Assembly: GCA_965238075.1 (NCBI GenBank)
Contig: OZ250173.1
Location: forward strand, 2,976,001 to 3,040,000
Source of the DNA: Candidatus Entotheonellaceae bacterium
GTDB lineage: Bacteria; Tectomicrobia; Entotheonellia; Entotheonellales; Entotheonellaceae
Length of the DNA: 64,000 nt
Direction: 5' to 3'
Shown here: one piece after another, positions 49,829-62,019 of the stretch
Layout of the letters: every line of letters begins with the position of its first letter
How positions within the stretch are numbered: the first letter of the stretch is position 1
The notes under the pieces: model-generated
Told to the model about the DNA's origin: nothing
The model's input: the letters and a program-made list of their open reading frames with translations, nothing else
Databases searched by the model: none
Translations under genes and position numbers: made by a program

Positions 49829-51802
49829 ATGGTTACGCATATTGGCGTTGATACCGGCGGCACGTTCAGCGATTTCATCCGCATCGAGGACGGCGCGCCG
49901 GTAATTCATAAAGTCCTGTCGACACCGGACAACCCGGCGCAGGCAGTATTGGAGGGGCTGGAACACCTGTGTCCCGATCTCGTCGGGGTGGAGGTGGTGC
50001 ACGGCTCGACCGTGGCGACCAATGCGCTGTTGGAGCGCAAGGGCGCCCGCACGGCGTTGGTGGCGACGCGGGGATTCGAGGACGTGCTGGAGATCGGGCG
50101 GCAGACGCGCCCGCACTTGTATGACCCGTTCGTGGAGAAGCTGCCGCCGCTGGTGCCGGGCCGCATGCGGTTCGGCGTTGCCGAACGCCTGGCCTACGAC
50201 GGCGAGGTGCTGGAGCCCCTGGCGCCGTCGGAAATCGAGCGAATTGTCGAGCGCGTGCGGCGCTCCGGGGCGCAGTCGCTGGCCGTCTGCCTGCTGCACG
50301 CCTACGCCAACCCGGTGCACGAGGCGGCCATCGCGCAGGCGGCGCGGCGGCTCGGCATCCCCGTGTCGGTGTCGCATCAGGTGCTGCCGGAGTTTCGCGA
50401 GTACGAGCGCTGCAGCACCACCGTGGTGAACGCCTATCTGCGCCCGGTGATGCAGCGTTACCTGCAAAGTTTGTCCGAGGCGCTGCAGGGCGCCAAGCTG
50501 CGGGTGATGCGCTCCAATGGCGGGGTGATGTCGGCGGCGCGGGCGCACCAGGAAGCCGTGCACACGGTGCTGTCCGGCCCGGCGGGCGGCGTTGTGGGGG
50601 CGTTTCGCAGCGCCCGCGAGGTCGGCTATGCCCACGTCATCACGTTCGACATGGGCGGCACTTCCACGGACGTGTCGCTGTGCGAGGAACAGCCGCGCAC
50701 GACGACGGAGACGATTGTGGCGGGCTGTCCGGTCAAGGTGCCGGTGCTGGACATCCACACGGTGGGGGCGGGCGGCGGCTCGCTGGCCACCATCGATGCG
50801 GGCGGTGCGCTGCAGGTCGGCCCGCAGAGCGCCGGCGCCGATCCGGGTCCGGTGTGTTACGGCAAGGGCGCGGGGCTGACCGTCACCGACGCCAACCTGT
50901 ACCTGGGCCGCCTGCACCCGGACGGATTCCTGGGCGGCAACATGCGGCTGGACGTGCCGCGCACCTGGGCGGCGGTGGCGGATTTCGCGGCACGCACCGG
51001 CCTGAGCCCGGAGGTGCTGTGCCAGGGCATCCTGGAAGTGGTGAACGCCAATATGGAAGGCGCCATCCGCGTCATTTCGGTGGAGCGCGGCCACGACCCG
51101 CGCGAGTTCGTCCTGGTGTCGTTCGGCGGCGCCGGCGGCATGCACGCGGCGGATCTGGCGCGGCGGTTGTCCATCCCCACGGTGCTGGTGCCGGCGCATC
51201 CCGGCATTCTGTCGGCCTACGGCATGCTGGTGTCCGACTACGTGCAGGAATACGCTCAGACCCTGTTGGTCCCGGTGGCGGAACTGACGCGCGAGCGGGC
51301 CGAGGCGGCGTTCCGGGAACTGGAGGCGCGCGGCAGGGAGACGATGCAGGAGGAAGGCGTTGCGCCGCAATCCATCGAGATCAGCCGTTTCGTTGACATG
51401 TGCTACGTGGGCCAGTCGTTCGAGTTGGTGGTGCCGTGGAGCGACCATTGCAGCGGCGAGTTTCACCGTCGGCACGAGAGCCGTTACGGCTATGCCGACA
51501 GCACGCGGGCGACGCAGATCGTCAACGTGCGCATCCAGGTGGTAGGGCCGGCCGGGGTGGCGCATCGTCCGCTGCGGGTGGCGGACGGCAACGGCGGTGG
51601 TGACGCCCACGTCGACACGGTGTCCATGTGGGGCGAGGGGGGCTGGCTGCAAACGCCGGTTTACGACCGCCAGCGCCTGCAGCCCGGGCAGCATCTGCCC
51701 GGCCCGGCGCTGATTACCGAATACAGCGCGACCACCGTGGTGCCGGACGATTTCACGGCGCGCATCGACGATTATTACAACCTGGTGCTGCAGCAACGTT
51801 GA
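49829..51802 (+). CDS. hyuA: Hydantoinase A / oxoprolinase family subunit
   Basis: GVDTGGTFSD, HGSTVATNALLERKG, SGPAGG, DMGGTSTDV, GAGGGS. Confidence 0.92.
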   Translation: MVTHIGVDTGGTFSDFIRIEDGAPVIHKVLSTPDNPAQAVLEGLEHLCPDLVGVEVVHGSTVATNALLERKGARTALVATRGFEDVLEIGRQTRPHLYDPFVEKLPPLVPGRMRFGVAERLAYDGEVLEPLAPSEIERIVERVRRSGAQSLAVCLLHAYANPVHEAAIAQAARRLGIPVSVSHQVLPEFREYERCSTTVVNAYLRPVMQRYLQSLSEALQGAKLRVMRSNGGVMSAARAHQEAVHTVLSGPAGGVVGAFRSAREVGYAHVITFDMGGTSTDVSLCEEQPRTTTETIVAGCPVKVPVLDIHTVGAGGGSLATIDAGGALQVGPQSAGADPGPVCYGKGAGLTVTDANLYLGRLHPDGFLGGNMRLDVPRTWAAVADFAARTGLSPEVLCQGILEVVNANMEGAIRVISVERGHDPREFVLVSFGGAGGMHAADLARRLSIPTVLVPAHPGILSAYGMLVSDYVQEYAQTLLVPVAELTRERAEAAFRELEARGRETMQEEGVAPQSIEISRFVDMCYVGQSFELVVPWSDHCSGEFHRRHESRYGYADSTRATQIVNVRIQVVGPAGVAHRPLRVADGNGGGDAHVDTVSMWGEGGWLQTPVYDRQRLQPGQHLPGPALITEYSATTVVPDDFTARIDDYYNLVLQQR

Positions 51803-51857
51803 TGAAGGGAGGCTCGGTTCAGTCTGCCGACTCGCACTGCCTGCCCCCGAGTTTTCC

Positions 51858-51939
51858 GTCACCCCGGCGAAAGCCGGGGTCCAGGGTTTTCTGGAGCAGA
51901 GGTCACAGGTCACTGGATTCCGGCATGCGCCGGAATGAC
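51858..51939. repeat. Inverted pair of REP-like palindromes between hydantoinase A and B
   Basis: GTCACCCCGGCGAAAGCCGGGGTCCAG and reverse-oriented GTCATTCCGGCGCATGCCGGAATCCAG. Confidence 0.75.
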
Positions 51940-51979
51940 CATTATGTAAGCATGGCCACTCCGTCCCAAGGAGTTACAA

Positions 51980-53529
<1,550 letters not shown>

Positions 53530-53554
<25 letters not shown>

Positions 53555-54483
53555 ATCGGCAACGGCATGAAGCACAAGATGAAGATGACAAGGGCGAGGC
53601 AGGCGACGGCCCGGCTGCGGAGGTCGAGCGTCGTGTAGGGGTCTATAACTGTCGGGTGGCGGCGGCTGACGAATAAGCCGATCAAGGCCCATATCCACCA
53701 GCCTTCCCACAGCACAAATCCCATGGCCACGAGCGCGGCAACGAGTGCCCAGGTGACGTAGCGGGCGCGTGCCCCCACCAAGGCGTAGACAATGTGCCCG
53801 CCGTCGAGTTGCCCCATGGGGAGCAGGTTGAACATCGTGACCAGGATGCCAAACCAGGCGGCCATGCCGACGCTGTTGAGGCTCAGCGTGGTCTCCGGCG
53901 GCAGCGAGCCGACCACGGCCCGGCTGATCATCTGCAGCAATAGCGGTTCTCCCAGCCTGAAGCCGAATCCCACCTGCGAATTCGTCACCACGTCGGAAGT
54001 CGCATAGCCGTAGAGCATGGCGGGCAGGGCCACGCAAAAGCCCGCGATAGGCCCGGCTGCGGCGACGTAAAGCAAGGCGCGCCGGTTGAGCGGCGGCGAT
54101 TTCATGCGGATGAAGGCGCCGAAGGTCCCCACTGGCGGAATCGGCGAGGGAATGAAGTACGGCAAAGTCACGTCCATTCCGTAGTAGCGGGCCGTCAGGT
54201 AATGCCCCATTTCGTGGCACAGGAGGATGGCCATGAGCGTAGCGGCGTAGGGCAGGCCGCGATAGAAGAGACCCGGCTGCGCCAATGGATTGAGGCCCTC
54301 CCACACCATGCCCGCCGCGACGGTTGTGAGCAGAGTGGCAAGAAATAGCAGCGCGTGCAGGATGTAGGACCGACGAGTGGGCACCGTTGCGACCATCGTG
54401 GGGATGGCCGTCCATTCGGGTCCCGAAGGATTCCAGGTGGGGCCAAGAGGCCGCGGCCATTGGGGAGAGTCAAAGGGGCGCAT
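53530..54483 (-). CDS. Site-2 protease (M50 intramembrane metalloprotease)
   Basis: HEMGH, GTFGAFI, AGPIAG, NLLPMGQLDGGH. Confidence 0.92.
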
Positions 54484-54515
54484 GCGGGTACCTTCCGCGG
54501 CGAACCGTCCGGCGC

Positions 54516-55466
54516 TTACGACGCCAGGACGGGTGCGTTACGGCGCTCGAAACAGGGCATGATCTCTTGCGCGTAGAAGGCCAGTTGCCGAATGAGCTGG
54601 TCGGGCGGGCAGGCCGGCCACAGGGCGTACTTGGTCAGGCCGTGTTCGCAATACCGTTGCAGGATGTTGCGGCATTCGTCGGGCGTTCCCACGGCGCTGC
54701 GTTCGAGCATCATTTCCGGCGGCCGGCGAAGGTTGCCGGCAAAAGAGGCGGCGAAGTCACGCCGGGCCTTGTCGCCGTCCGGGTCGACGTGGCAGAAGAC
54801 AATGCTGCCGGACTCGATGTTCTCGGGCTGCCGTCCGTATTCCTGCGCAAAAGCGGCGATTTTTTCGATGCCCTCGGCGAATTCCTGCGGCGTGACGAAG
54901 GAGGCGAACCAGCCGTCGCCGACGCGCGCCACCCGTTTGAGCGCGGCGTCACTGCGCCCGCCGATCCAGATGTCGATTTTCTGTTGTGGGCGCGGGGTGA
55001 TAGTTACGTGCTCGAACTGGTAATGCTTGCCGTGGTGGGTGACGTCAGATTCCTGCCACAAGCGGCGCAGGATGGCGATGCTTTCGTCGGTCATGCCGCC
55101 GCGCGACTTGAGCGGCACTTTGAAGGCCTCGGCTTCCTGCTTATCGGCGCCGAGCCCGGCGGCCATGATCATGCGTCCGTTCGACAGGTAGGCCAGCGTG
55201 GCCACCTCGCGGGCCACCGCGATGGGGTGGCGGAGGGGCATCATCATGACGCTGGGGCCGAATTTGAGGCGCTGGGTGCGCGCCGCGATCGCCGCCATCA
55301 TGGGAACGATGGCCACCTCTTCGCGGTTTCCCATCATGTGGTCGCTGAGCCAGACGGAATCGACGCCCCAGGCTTCGGCTTTGTCGATGTACTCGAACAG
55401 CGTTGCGGCGTCCGGCATGCCCTGGTGCCACAGCCCCAGGCCAATGCCCATCTTGATGTTTGCCAT
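54516..55466 (-). CDS. LLM-class flavin-dependent oxidoreductase
   Basis: GVDSVWLSDH, LRHPIAVAREVATL, IWIGGRSDAALKRVARVGDGW; AGGAG RBS before MANIKMG. Confidence 0.9.
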   Translation of the reverse strand: MANIKMGIGLGLWHQGMPDAATLFEYIDKAEAWGVDSVWLSDHMMGNREEVAIVPMMAAIAARTQRLKFGPSVMMMPLRHPIAVAREVATLAYLSNGRMIMAAGLGADKQEAEAFKVPLKSRGGMTDESIAILRRLWQESDVTHHGKHYQFEHVTITPRPQQKIDIWIGGRSDAALKRVARVGDGWFASFVTPQEFAEGIEKIAAFAQEYGRQPENIESGSIVFCHVDPDGDKARRDFAASFAGNLRRPPEMMLERSAVGTPDECRNILQRYCEHGLTKYALWPACPPDQLIRQLAFYAQEIMPCFERRNAPVLAS

Positions 55467-55533
55467 GCTTTTCTCCTGAAAAGGCGGCCATTGTAGCGGG
55501 TTGGCCGGGGTGTCGCAAACGGCGCCGGGCCAT

Positions 55534-56262
55534 TCATGCTGTGGAGCGGGACAGTTCCCGAACGTGCGGCTCGCCGTCGATGAGCTCGCCCACCAGTACC
55601 AGGTCGGCGAGGCCCACGAACAGGCCGTTTTCGACAACGCCGGGGATGTTGTTCAAAGTCCGTTCGAGGTGCGCGGGGTCGTCAATGGCATCGAAGGTGA
55701 CGTCCAGCAGCATGTTGCCCTGGTCGGTGATCAGAGGGCCTACTTTCTTCGCGCCCATGCGCAGTTGAGGGTGGCCGCCCAAGCGCTCGATGGCGCGCGT
55801 TACGGGTACGACGGCCATCGGCAGCAGCTCGACGGGCACGGCGAACGTGGAGCCGAGACGCTGCACCAGTTTCTTGTCATCGACGATGACGATGAACAGA
55901 TCGGCGTGGGCGTCGATGATCTTTTCCTGGGTATGGGCCGCGCCACCGCCTTTGACCAATGCCAGGTGCGGGTTCACCTCGTCGGCGCCGTCGATGGCGA
56001 CGTGGATTCGGGGAGTGTCGTCCATGGTAGTGAGGGGAATGCCGTTGCGTCTTGCCAGGTTGGCGGCGTCGAAAGACGTGGGAACGCCTCGAACGTCCGT
56101 GAGGTCGCCTGTTCGCAAACGCTGCCCGAGATGCTCGATGGCGAACGCCGCGGTGGAGCCGGTGCCGAGTCCCACCACACTGCCGGACGCCACGCGGGCA
56201 GCGGCGGCCTGTCCGACGGCGCTTTTCAGCAGTTGCTGGGTGTCGGGGTTGCTGTCGTTCAT
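55534..56262 (-). CDS. rpiA: Ribose-5-phosphate isomerase A
   Basis: [29 protein letters not shown]. Confidence 0.96.
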   Translation of the reverse strand: MNDSNPDTQQLLKSAVGQAAAARVASGSVVGLGTGSTAAFAIEHLGQRLRTGDLTDVRGVPTSFDAANLARRNGIPLTTMDDTPRIHVAIDGADEVNPHLALVKGGGAAHTQEKIIDAHADLFIVIVDDKKLVQRLGSTFAVPVELLPMAVVPVTRAIERLGGHPQLRMGAKKVGPLITDQGNMLLDVTFDAIDDPAHLERTLNNIPGVVENGLFVGLADLVLVGELIDGEPHVRELSRSTA

Positions 56263-56354
56263 GGTTGTTTCCTCTGCATCATGGCGGTTTGCCTTCGGCG
56301 TTCCGGCGCTCCTAGAATACCCTATCCGCTACCTGTACCTGGAGACGAAAAACC

Positions 56355-57494
56355 ATGCACCCCTCTGACGATCCGCAACGCTCCGCCTACGAGTCCGTCA
56401 GGCGCTGGCGCCTGTGGGCTTTGGGGCTTCTCCTTCTTGCGCTTGTCTGGTTGCTCGTGAACCGCTTCGATTTCGACGTGTACGACCCCGACGCGGTGCC
56501 GCGGGCTATCACACCGCGGGGCGAATTGGCGCAGGACGAGCAGACCACGATTGAGCTGTTCCGCAATGCCTCGCCGTCCGTCGTTTACATCACCACGGTG
56601 GCGCTGCGGACGGATCGCTACAGCCTCAACATGTTCGAAATTCCGCAGGGTACCGGATCGGGGTTCGTGTGGGACGACGAGGGGCACATCATCACGAATT
56701 TTCACGTCATTCAAGGCGCCAGCGCCGCCCGGGTAACTCTGGCGGACCACACGACGTGGGAGGCGCGCCTGGCCGGTGCGGCGCCCGATCAGGACCTTGC
56801 TGTGCTGTACATCAACGCGCCGAGCCATCGCCTGCGCCCGATTGCGGTCGGCACCTCCACCGGTCTGCAGGTTGGGCAGAAGGTGTTCGCCATCGGCAAC
56901 CCGTTCGGGCTGGATCAAACGCTGACGACGGGCATCATCAGCGCGCTGGGACGGGAGATCACCTCGGTTACGGGACGGACGATCACGGGCGTCATTCAGA
57001 CGGACGCGGCGATCAATCCGGGCAATTCGGGCGGCCCGTTGCTGGACAGCGCCAGCCGGCTGATCGGCGTCAACACGGCAATTTACAGCCCGTCGGGTTC
57101 CAGCGCCGGCATCGGTTTTGCGGTGCCGGTGGATACCGTCAATCGGGTTGTGCCGCAGTTGTTGCGTCACGGCAGGGTCGTGCGTCCGGGCATCGGTGCG
57201 CGCTTTGCCGACGACGACACAGCGCGGCGGCTGGGCCTGTCCGGCGTTCTGGTACTCGACGTGATCGAGTCCGGCGCCGCGGAGGCCGCCGGGCTGCGGG
57301 GCACCGGACGCGACGCGCAAGGCAGGTTGGTTCTGGGTGATGTCATTGTGAGCGTGGAGACGTACCCGGTGGCATCCCTGAACGATTTCCACGACGCCTT
57401 GGCGGCCTTCGAGGTGGGCGCTGCCGTACAGGTGACCTTCATCCGCAACGCCCAGCGCCGCAGCATGCCGGTAACCCTCCAGGCGTTGCAGTGA
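56355..57494 (+). CDS. HtrA/DegP-like trypsin serine protease with PDZ domain
   Basis: GTGSGF, TNFHV, DLAVL, IQTDAAINPGNSGGPL; N-terminal TM. Confidence 0.93.
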   Translation: MHPSDDPQRSAYESVRRWRLWALGLLLLALVWLLVNRFDFDVYDPDAVPRAITPRGELAQDEQTTIELFRNASPSVVYITTVALRTDRYSLNMFEIPQGTGSGFVWDDEGHIITNFHVIQGASAARVTLADHTTWEARLAGAAPDQDLAVLYINAPSHRLRPIAVGTSTGLQVGQKVFAIGNPFGLDQTLTTGIISALGREITSVTGRTITGVIQTDAAINPGNSGGPLLDSASRLIGVNTAIYSPSGSSAGIGFAVPVDTVNRVVPQLLRHGRVVRPGIGARFADDDTARRLGLSGVLVLDVIESGAAEAAGLRGTGRDAQGRLVLGDVIVSVETYPVASLNDFHDALAAFEVGAAVQVTFIRNAQRRSMPVTLQALQ

Positions 57495-57609
57495 AGAACA
57501 GGGGATTCGGCTTGCCGCGCGTGCGCCGGCGTCGGACGGAATCATGGTTTCGTTTGCGCTGCGCTGATCCGTAAGAGGAGATAGGCTCTTCAGTAGCCTG
57601 GGTGAGAGA

Positions 57610-58371
57610 TTAAATACCCGTAGGCGTTTGGGCGGATAGCTTGATATCGAAAGCGGCAGGTTTATCTTCCCCGAACCGAATAACTGATTTTTCCCGGAAT
57701 GATACCGGAATGTCCAACTGCCGCCAGCCTGTTGATTCTTCTTGAACTGCTTCAATCCGTGTCAGGACTTCTTCATCAACGTCATTCCTGATGTGGAAGA
57801 AGACGTTGTTTGGCCGACTCTCACATTCAATAAATCCATACCCCTTTTCTTTATTAAAGTTGATGATCTTCCCCTGCAACAACTCTTCGCTGAGCGTCAC
57901 GGCTCGCGGAGATTTGATGGTTTTTTCCATGTCTTGCAAGCGTCGGATATTCTCATCGAGATCGAAGAACTCGAAAGAGAAGTTGCGGGTCAGCCGTAAA
58001 CCAACAACGCGACGATACTTGTAGGCACGATTGAACACCAGCGTCAAGAGTGCGGCATAGACCAGCGTGGCAGCGCCCTGTTCAATATCAGCCGTAGGGT
58101 CGGATTCCAAATACACCGCTTTAGGAACGATGATGTTTTTCTTTTGAACGTAAGCGAAGTCACGCTGCTTTGTCACATCGTCTTTATTGGCCGTTATTTG
58201 TATGCCGATATGCTCCGGTAGCCGTGCCACATCTCGAAAGCCGTTCACGATGAAGTCGAGCTTGTACTGGTGATCGTACGTTTGATCGTAGTAGATACGG
58301 CATCCCAACGCTTCAAGTTTGGTGCGTAGACGTTCCTCAAAGTTGATCCCGTGAATGAAAGGACGATTCAT
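57610..58371 (-). CDS. Hypothetical protein: nuclease-like N-terminus plus C-terminal cold-shock (OB) domain
   Basis: GKIINFNKEKGYGFI...VFFHI (RNP1/RNP2); N-terminal FEERL...LDF...IGIQIT; GAAGGAG RBS; visibly lower GC. Confidence 0.7.
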   Translation of the reverse strand: MNRPFIHGINFEERLRTKLEALGCRIYYDQTYDHQYKLDFIVNGFRDVARLPEHIGIQITANKDDVTKQRDFAYVQKKNIIVPKAVYLESDPTADIEQGAATLVYAALLTLVFNRAYKYRRVVGLRLTRNFSFEFFDLDENIRRLQDMEKTIKSPRAVTLSEELLQGKIINFNKEKGYGFIECESRPNNVFFHIRNDVDEEVLTRIEAVQEESTGWRQLDIPVSFREKSVIRFGEDKPAAFDIKLSAQTPTGI

Positions 58372-58603
58372 TGAGATATCTCCTTCGTGTTACACACCAA
58401 AGAGGACAATATCTCGCGCCTGGGACCAGGGTCGGGCAAACGGAATTTTGCAATTGTCACAGAGCGGGGGTTAGCTCAGGACGGCTAGAATAGCAGAGCG
58501 CTTTTAGGGGCGCAAATGCCTCGCGAGCAAGCGGGGAAGGAGGGTGTTTGCAGACGTTTCCGGGTCCGTGGGAGTGTTAGGAACTCCGTTGCGTTGCGGC
58601 AAA

Positions 58604-58632
58604 TTGACAGGGCCATGTGGGTTCTCTACATT
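58604..58632 (+). promoter_or_regulatory. sigma70-type promoter
   Basis: TTGACA-17 bp-TACATT upstream of the FGE-family gene. Confidence 0.6.
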
Positions 58633-58676
58633 GGCGGTTTTGACGTTTCCTCAGAGCAGAGGGAAACTAAAGGCTT

Positions 58677-59813
58677 TTGACTTTCTCGAAGTGGGGGAGT
58701 GGTGTGAATCATAGCAGGTCAGGATGGATGATTGGCGCGGCATTGGGTTTGGTTCTTATGCTGGGTAGCGATGCGTGGTCGCAGGATATGCAGTCGTTTG
58801 ATCTACCGGCGTGTGCCCGTGATGCTGCGACGGACGTAGTGCTGAATGACCGGGTGCTGGATGCCATGATTGAGGCGGCTGCCACCGGGGTTCGACCGGA
58901 CCGCCAACAAGAGAAATTCTTCATCGTGTTGCAGCATTATCTGGGCTCGAGCGGGAACCTGTTGTTCGTCTCCCGAACGGCGGGCGAGGGACTCGTTTTA
59001 TGGCGGGAAGATTGCGAGCCGGATCCTAGCGCCGACACCCACGTGCAAGCCTATGTGAGCGGTCTGACGGCGCAGCAACAACTCGCCTTGGTGACCTACC
59101 GCGACTTGGTGGCGACGTTTGACGTGGAGCCCGCGGCGTCCGAGATGCCGTTAATGCCGTCAATGGGAGACATGGTGCGCATTCCGGCCGGCGCCTTTCA
59201 GCGCGGCGACGGCACGACGGCGGCGCTGGAGGCATTCGCCATAGACGTGTACGAGGTGACCAATGCCGAATACCAGCGCTTCATCGCCGGCGGTGGGTAT
59301 GCCGAGGCCAGCTACTGGCTGCCGGAAGGGTGGGCTTGGCGCGAAAGCAAGAAACGTGAGCAGCCCAGCTATTGGAACAACGAGGATTTCAACGCCGCCC
59401 AGCAACCCGTGGTTGGCGTATCGTGGTATGAGGCGGACGCGTATTGCCGCTGGGCCGGCAAGTCGCTTCCCGAGGAGCCGCAGTGGGACAAAGCATGCCG
59501 GGGCATTGACGGCCGCGCCTTTCCGTGGGGCAGCGAGCCGCTTGCGGGGGAGGGAACCGGGCAGTCGTCCTTCATCCTGCCGGTTGCCGTGGGGGACATG
59601 CCTCAGACAGCGAGTCCGTACGGCGTCTACGATCTGGCCGGTAACGTTTTGGAGTGGAGCGGCACGACGAACGACCGGGGCGGCCGCGTGTTGTGCGGCG
59701 GCTCCGGCGCCAGCGATTCGCGTCACGTCGGTTGTGGGGTGCGGTCGGTCCTTTTACCGGGTGTTTCGGCGAACTTCGTCGGGTTTCGCTGCCAGCAGGC
59801 CGCGGCTCAATAA
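58677..59813 (+). CDS. Secreted formylglycine-generating-enzyme (SUMF1) domain protein
   Basis: YEVTNAEY, PVVGVSWYEADAYCRW, FPWG, DLAGNVLEW, GFRC; signal peptide; start uncertain (58677/58704/58725). Confidence 0.85.
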   Translation: MTFSKWGSGVNHSRSGWMIGAALGLVLMLGSDAWSQDMQSFDLPACARDAATDVVLNDRVLDAMIEAAATGVRPDRQQEKFFIVLQHYLGSSGNLLFVSRTAGEGLVLWREDCEPDPSADTHVQAYVSGLTAQQQLALVTYRDLVATFDVEPAASEMPLMPSMGDMVRIPAGAFQRGDGTTAALEAFAIDVYEVTNAEYQRFIAGGGYAEASYWLPEGWAWRESKKREQPSYWNNEDFNAAQQPVVGVSWYEADAYCRWAGKSLPEEPQWDKACRGIDGRAFPWGSEPLAGEGTGQSSFILPVAVGDMPQTASPYGVYDLAGNVLEWSGTTNDRGGRVLCGGSGASDSRHVGCGVRSVLLPGVSANFVGFRCQQAAAQ

Positions 59814-60637
59814 GCCTGTCCCATGTAGGCCGGGTTGAGATGTCCCATGCCGCCGTCCACGCTGATCACCTGACCGGTGACGAAATCCGACAGGTCCGTG
59901 GCGAGAAATTCAATCACCTTGGCGCAATCCTCGGACCGGCCGATGCGGCCCATGGGAATCTGCGTGACCAGCTCGTCCTGAATTTTTCCCAGCCCGCCCA
60001 TCCAATTGACGGTTGCCACGTATCCGGGTGCGATGGCGTTGACGTTGATGCCGTATGACGCGAGTTCCAGGGCCAGCGCGCGGGTCAGTTGAATGACACC
60101 GGCTTTCGCTACGGCGTAGGGGGCGAGCATCGGCATCAATGGCCGCAAGCCGGCTACCGAGGCGACGTTGATGATCTTGCCGCGGCGGCGCTGTTGCATG
60201 TGACGGCCGACGGCACGGCAACACAAGAAGGCCGAGTGCAGGTTTTTCGCCATTACTGTGTCCCAGACTTCGGGTGGGCACTGGGTTACGCTTTGGCTGC
60301 CGCGCCCGCCGCCGGCGTTGTTGATCAGAATGTCGATGTGACCGAACGAGGATAGAGCTTCGTCCACCATCCGCTCGACCGCGGTCTCGCAGGTGACATC
60401 GGCGGCAATGCCGATGGCTTGCCGTCCCAGGTGGCGGATTTCTTCCGCCACCGAGCCGGCTGTCAGGGGTTCGCCGACCTGTTCGGCGGAAGCCAGATCG
60501 ACGTCATTGACGACGATGTCGGCGCCCAATTGCGCCAGCCGCAGCGCGTAGGCTCGTCCCAACCCGCGTCCCGCCCCGGTTATCAAGGCCACTTGCCCCC
60601 GCAAACGCGGCGGGAAATACTCCGCATCGGTTTCCAT
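59807..60637 (-). CDS. SDR family oxidoreductase
   Basis: TGAGRGLG, NNAG, YAVAK; AAAGGAG RBS before METDAE. Confidence 0.92.
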   Translation of the reverse strand: METDAEYFPPRLRGQVALITGAGRGLGRAYALRLAQLGADIVVNDVDLASAEQVGEPLTAGSVAEEIRHLGRQAIGIAADVTCETAVERMVDEALSSFGHIDILINNAGGGRGSQSVTQCPPEVWDTVMAKNLHSAFLCCRAVGRHMQQRRRGKIINVASVAGLRPLMPMLAPYAVAKAGVIQLTRALALELASYGINVNAIAPGYVATVNWMGGLGKIQDELVTQIPMGRIGRSEDCAKVIEFLATDLSDFVTGQVISVDGGMGHLNPAYMGQAY

Positions 60638-60710
60638 TTCCACTCCTTTCCTCGTTTTCAATACGGCACTCGCCGTTGTCGACACCAGATGGCTGGCGGT
60701 GGTCCGGGAT

Positions 60711-61880
60711 TCAACCGCACCCGCGCGACCCCAGGCGTGAGAGGCGATGCTCGGCCTGGCTGTGCAGGTTGTCGACGTCGCGTTCTCGCAGCAAGGTGCA
60801 GTAGAGCTGGCGAGCGGTTTCGACCGACCCGCGCTGCTCGTACAGGGTTGCCAGGTAGAACTTCGCCCACAGGCTTTCGTCCCGGGCTGTGCGCGGGTCG
60901 TTATTGATGGCGCCGCGAAACGCCTCGAAAGCCAATTCAGGCTGATTGGTGTCGAGCAGGGCCCGGCCCCAGGTGTAATACAAGTCAAACCGTTCATCCG
61001 TACCGACGAGGGTCTCAGGCCGCTCCGCCAGGGTCGTTGCCAAGGCGCTCAGCGTGGCGGCTGCTTGCGCTTTATCGCCGTGCTCGAACTGGCTGCGTCC
61101 GGTCAGCAGACTGAAGTGGCCGTTGCCGGGATACGCCTGGCGCAACGACTGGCCGAGGGCGATGGCTTCTGGGTAGCGCTTCTCCACGACGTACAGTTGG
61201 AGCAGGAACGTCCGCGCCAAATCCTGGCTGAATCGTCCGGTCTCGGCGGCGCGCCGGAAATGATGGACGGCGTCCTCGGGACCTTGCAGGGCGATGCCGC
61301 CCAGCAAGCGCTGCACCAGAGATGGGACGCCATCCCCGACGAAGTAAAGCATCCCCAGACCCAGATGGGCATCGCTCATGGCCTCGTGGGACAGGAGTGA
61401 TTTTTCCAGCCGTGAACGTCCTTGCGCGGCGAGTTGCAGTGGGGTCCATGGCGCATCCTGCTGCGGCAGCAGGGCATCAAAAACGGCGGCCAGTCCCACG
61501 AGCAATTGCAACCGGCCTTGGCGGGGCGACTCGGCGAGTTGCCGCTGACCATCTTGCAGAATTTGCGCGAAAAGCTTGCGCGCGGTGACATGTGCCGGGG
61601 GGCGCTGGCGGGTTTGCCAATGCGTTTGCAGATAGGCTATGATGCCCCGCGTCAATTGCGTTTCAAGGGTTTCTCGGCCATCCGGTTCCGCACGGCTGAC
61701 GGCGTCGTGAGCCTGGACAAAACGCAGGTGCAACGCCTCCTGCACGGCGCCTCTCATGATGCCGAAAGGTAGCTCGGGGGCGGCCTCGTGGGCATCGGCG
61801 AGGCCCAGTTCCGCCGCGCCGGGCCGCAGGCACAGGAACAGCGCAAGAATTGCCAAAAAGGTTCGACGGCGCCGTTTCAT
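60711..61880 (-). CDS. Exported TPR-repeat protein
   Basis: Basic/hydrophobic signal peptide; DAHLGLGMLY, YPEAI, YYTWGRAL, FYLATLY..G TPR-like helices. Confidence 0.75.
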   Translation of the reverse strand: MKRRRRTFLAILALFLCLRPGAAELGLADAHEAAPELPFGIMRGAVQEALHLRFVQAHDAVSRAEPDGRETLETQLTRGIIAYLQTHWQTRQRPPAHVTARKLFAQILQDGQRQLAESPRQGRLQLLVGLAAVFDALLPQQDAPWTPLQLAAQGRSRLEKSLLSHEAMSDAHLGLGMLYFVGDGVPSLVQRLLGGIALQGPEDAVHHFRRAAETGRFSQDLARTFLLQLYVVEKRYPEAIALGQSLRQAYPGNGHFSLLTGRSQFEHGDKAQAAATLSALATTLAERPETLVGTDERFDLYYTWGRALLDTNQPELAFEAFRGAINNDPRTARDESLWAKFYLATLYEQRGSVETARQLYCTLLRERDVDNLHSQAEHRLSRLGSRGCG

Positions 61881-62019
61881 ATTCGCCTCCACATGCCATC
61901 CGTGTCCGCAACCTAGCTCGGTCATTTATTATAGACAGGTGATGCCGAAGGGGAAACCCAGCGGCGGAGCCGGTATTGTATGCTCTTCCGCGGCCGCCAT
62001 TCTCCGGGACGCTCCGATC

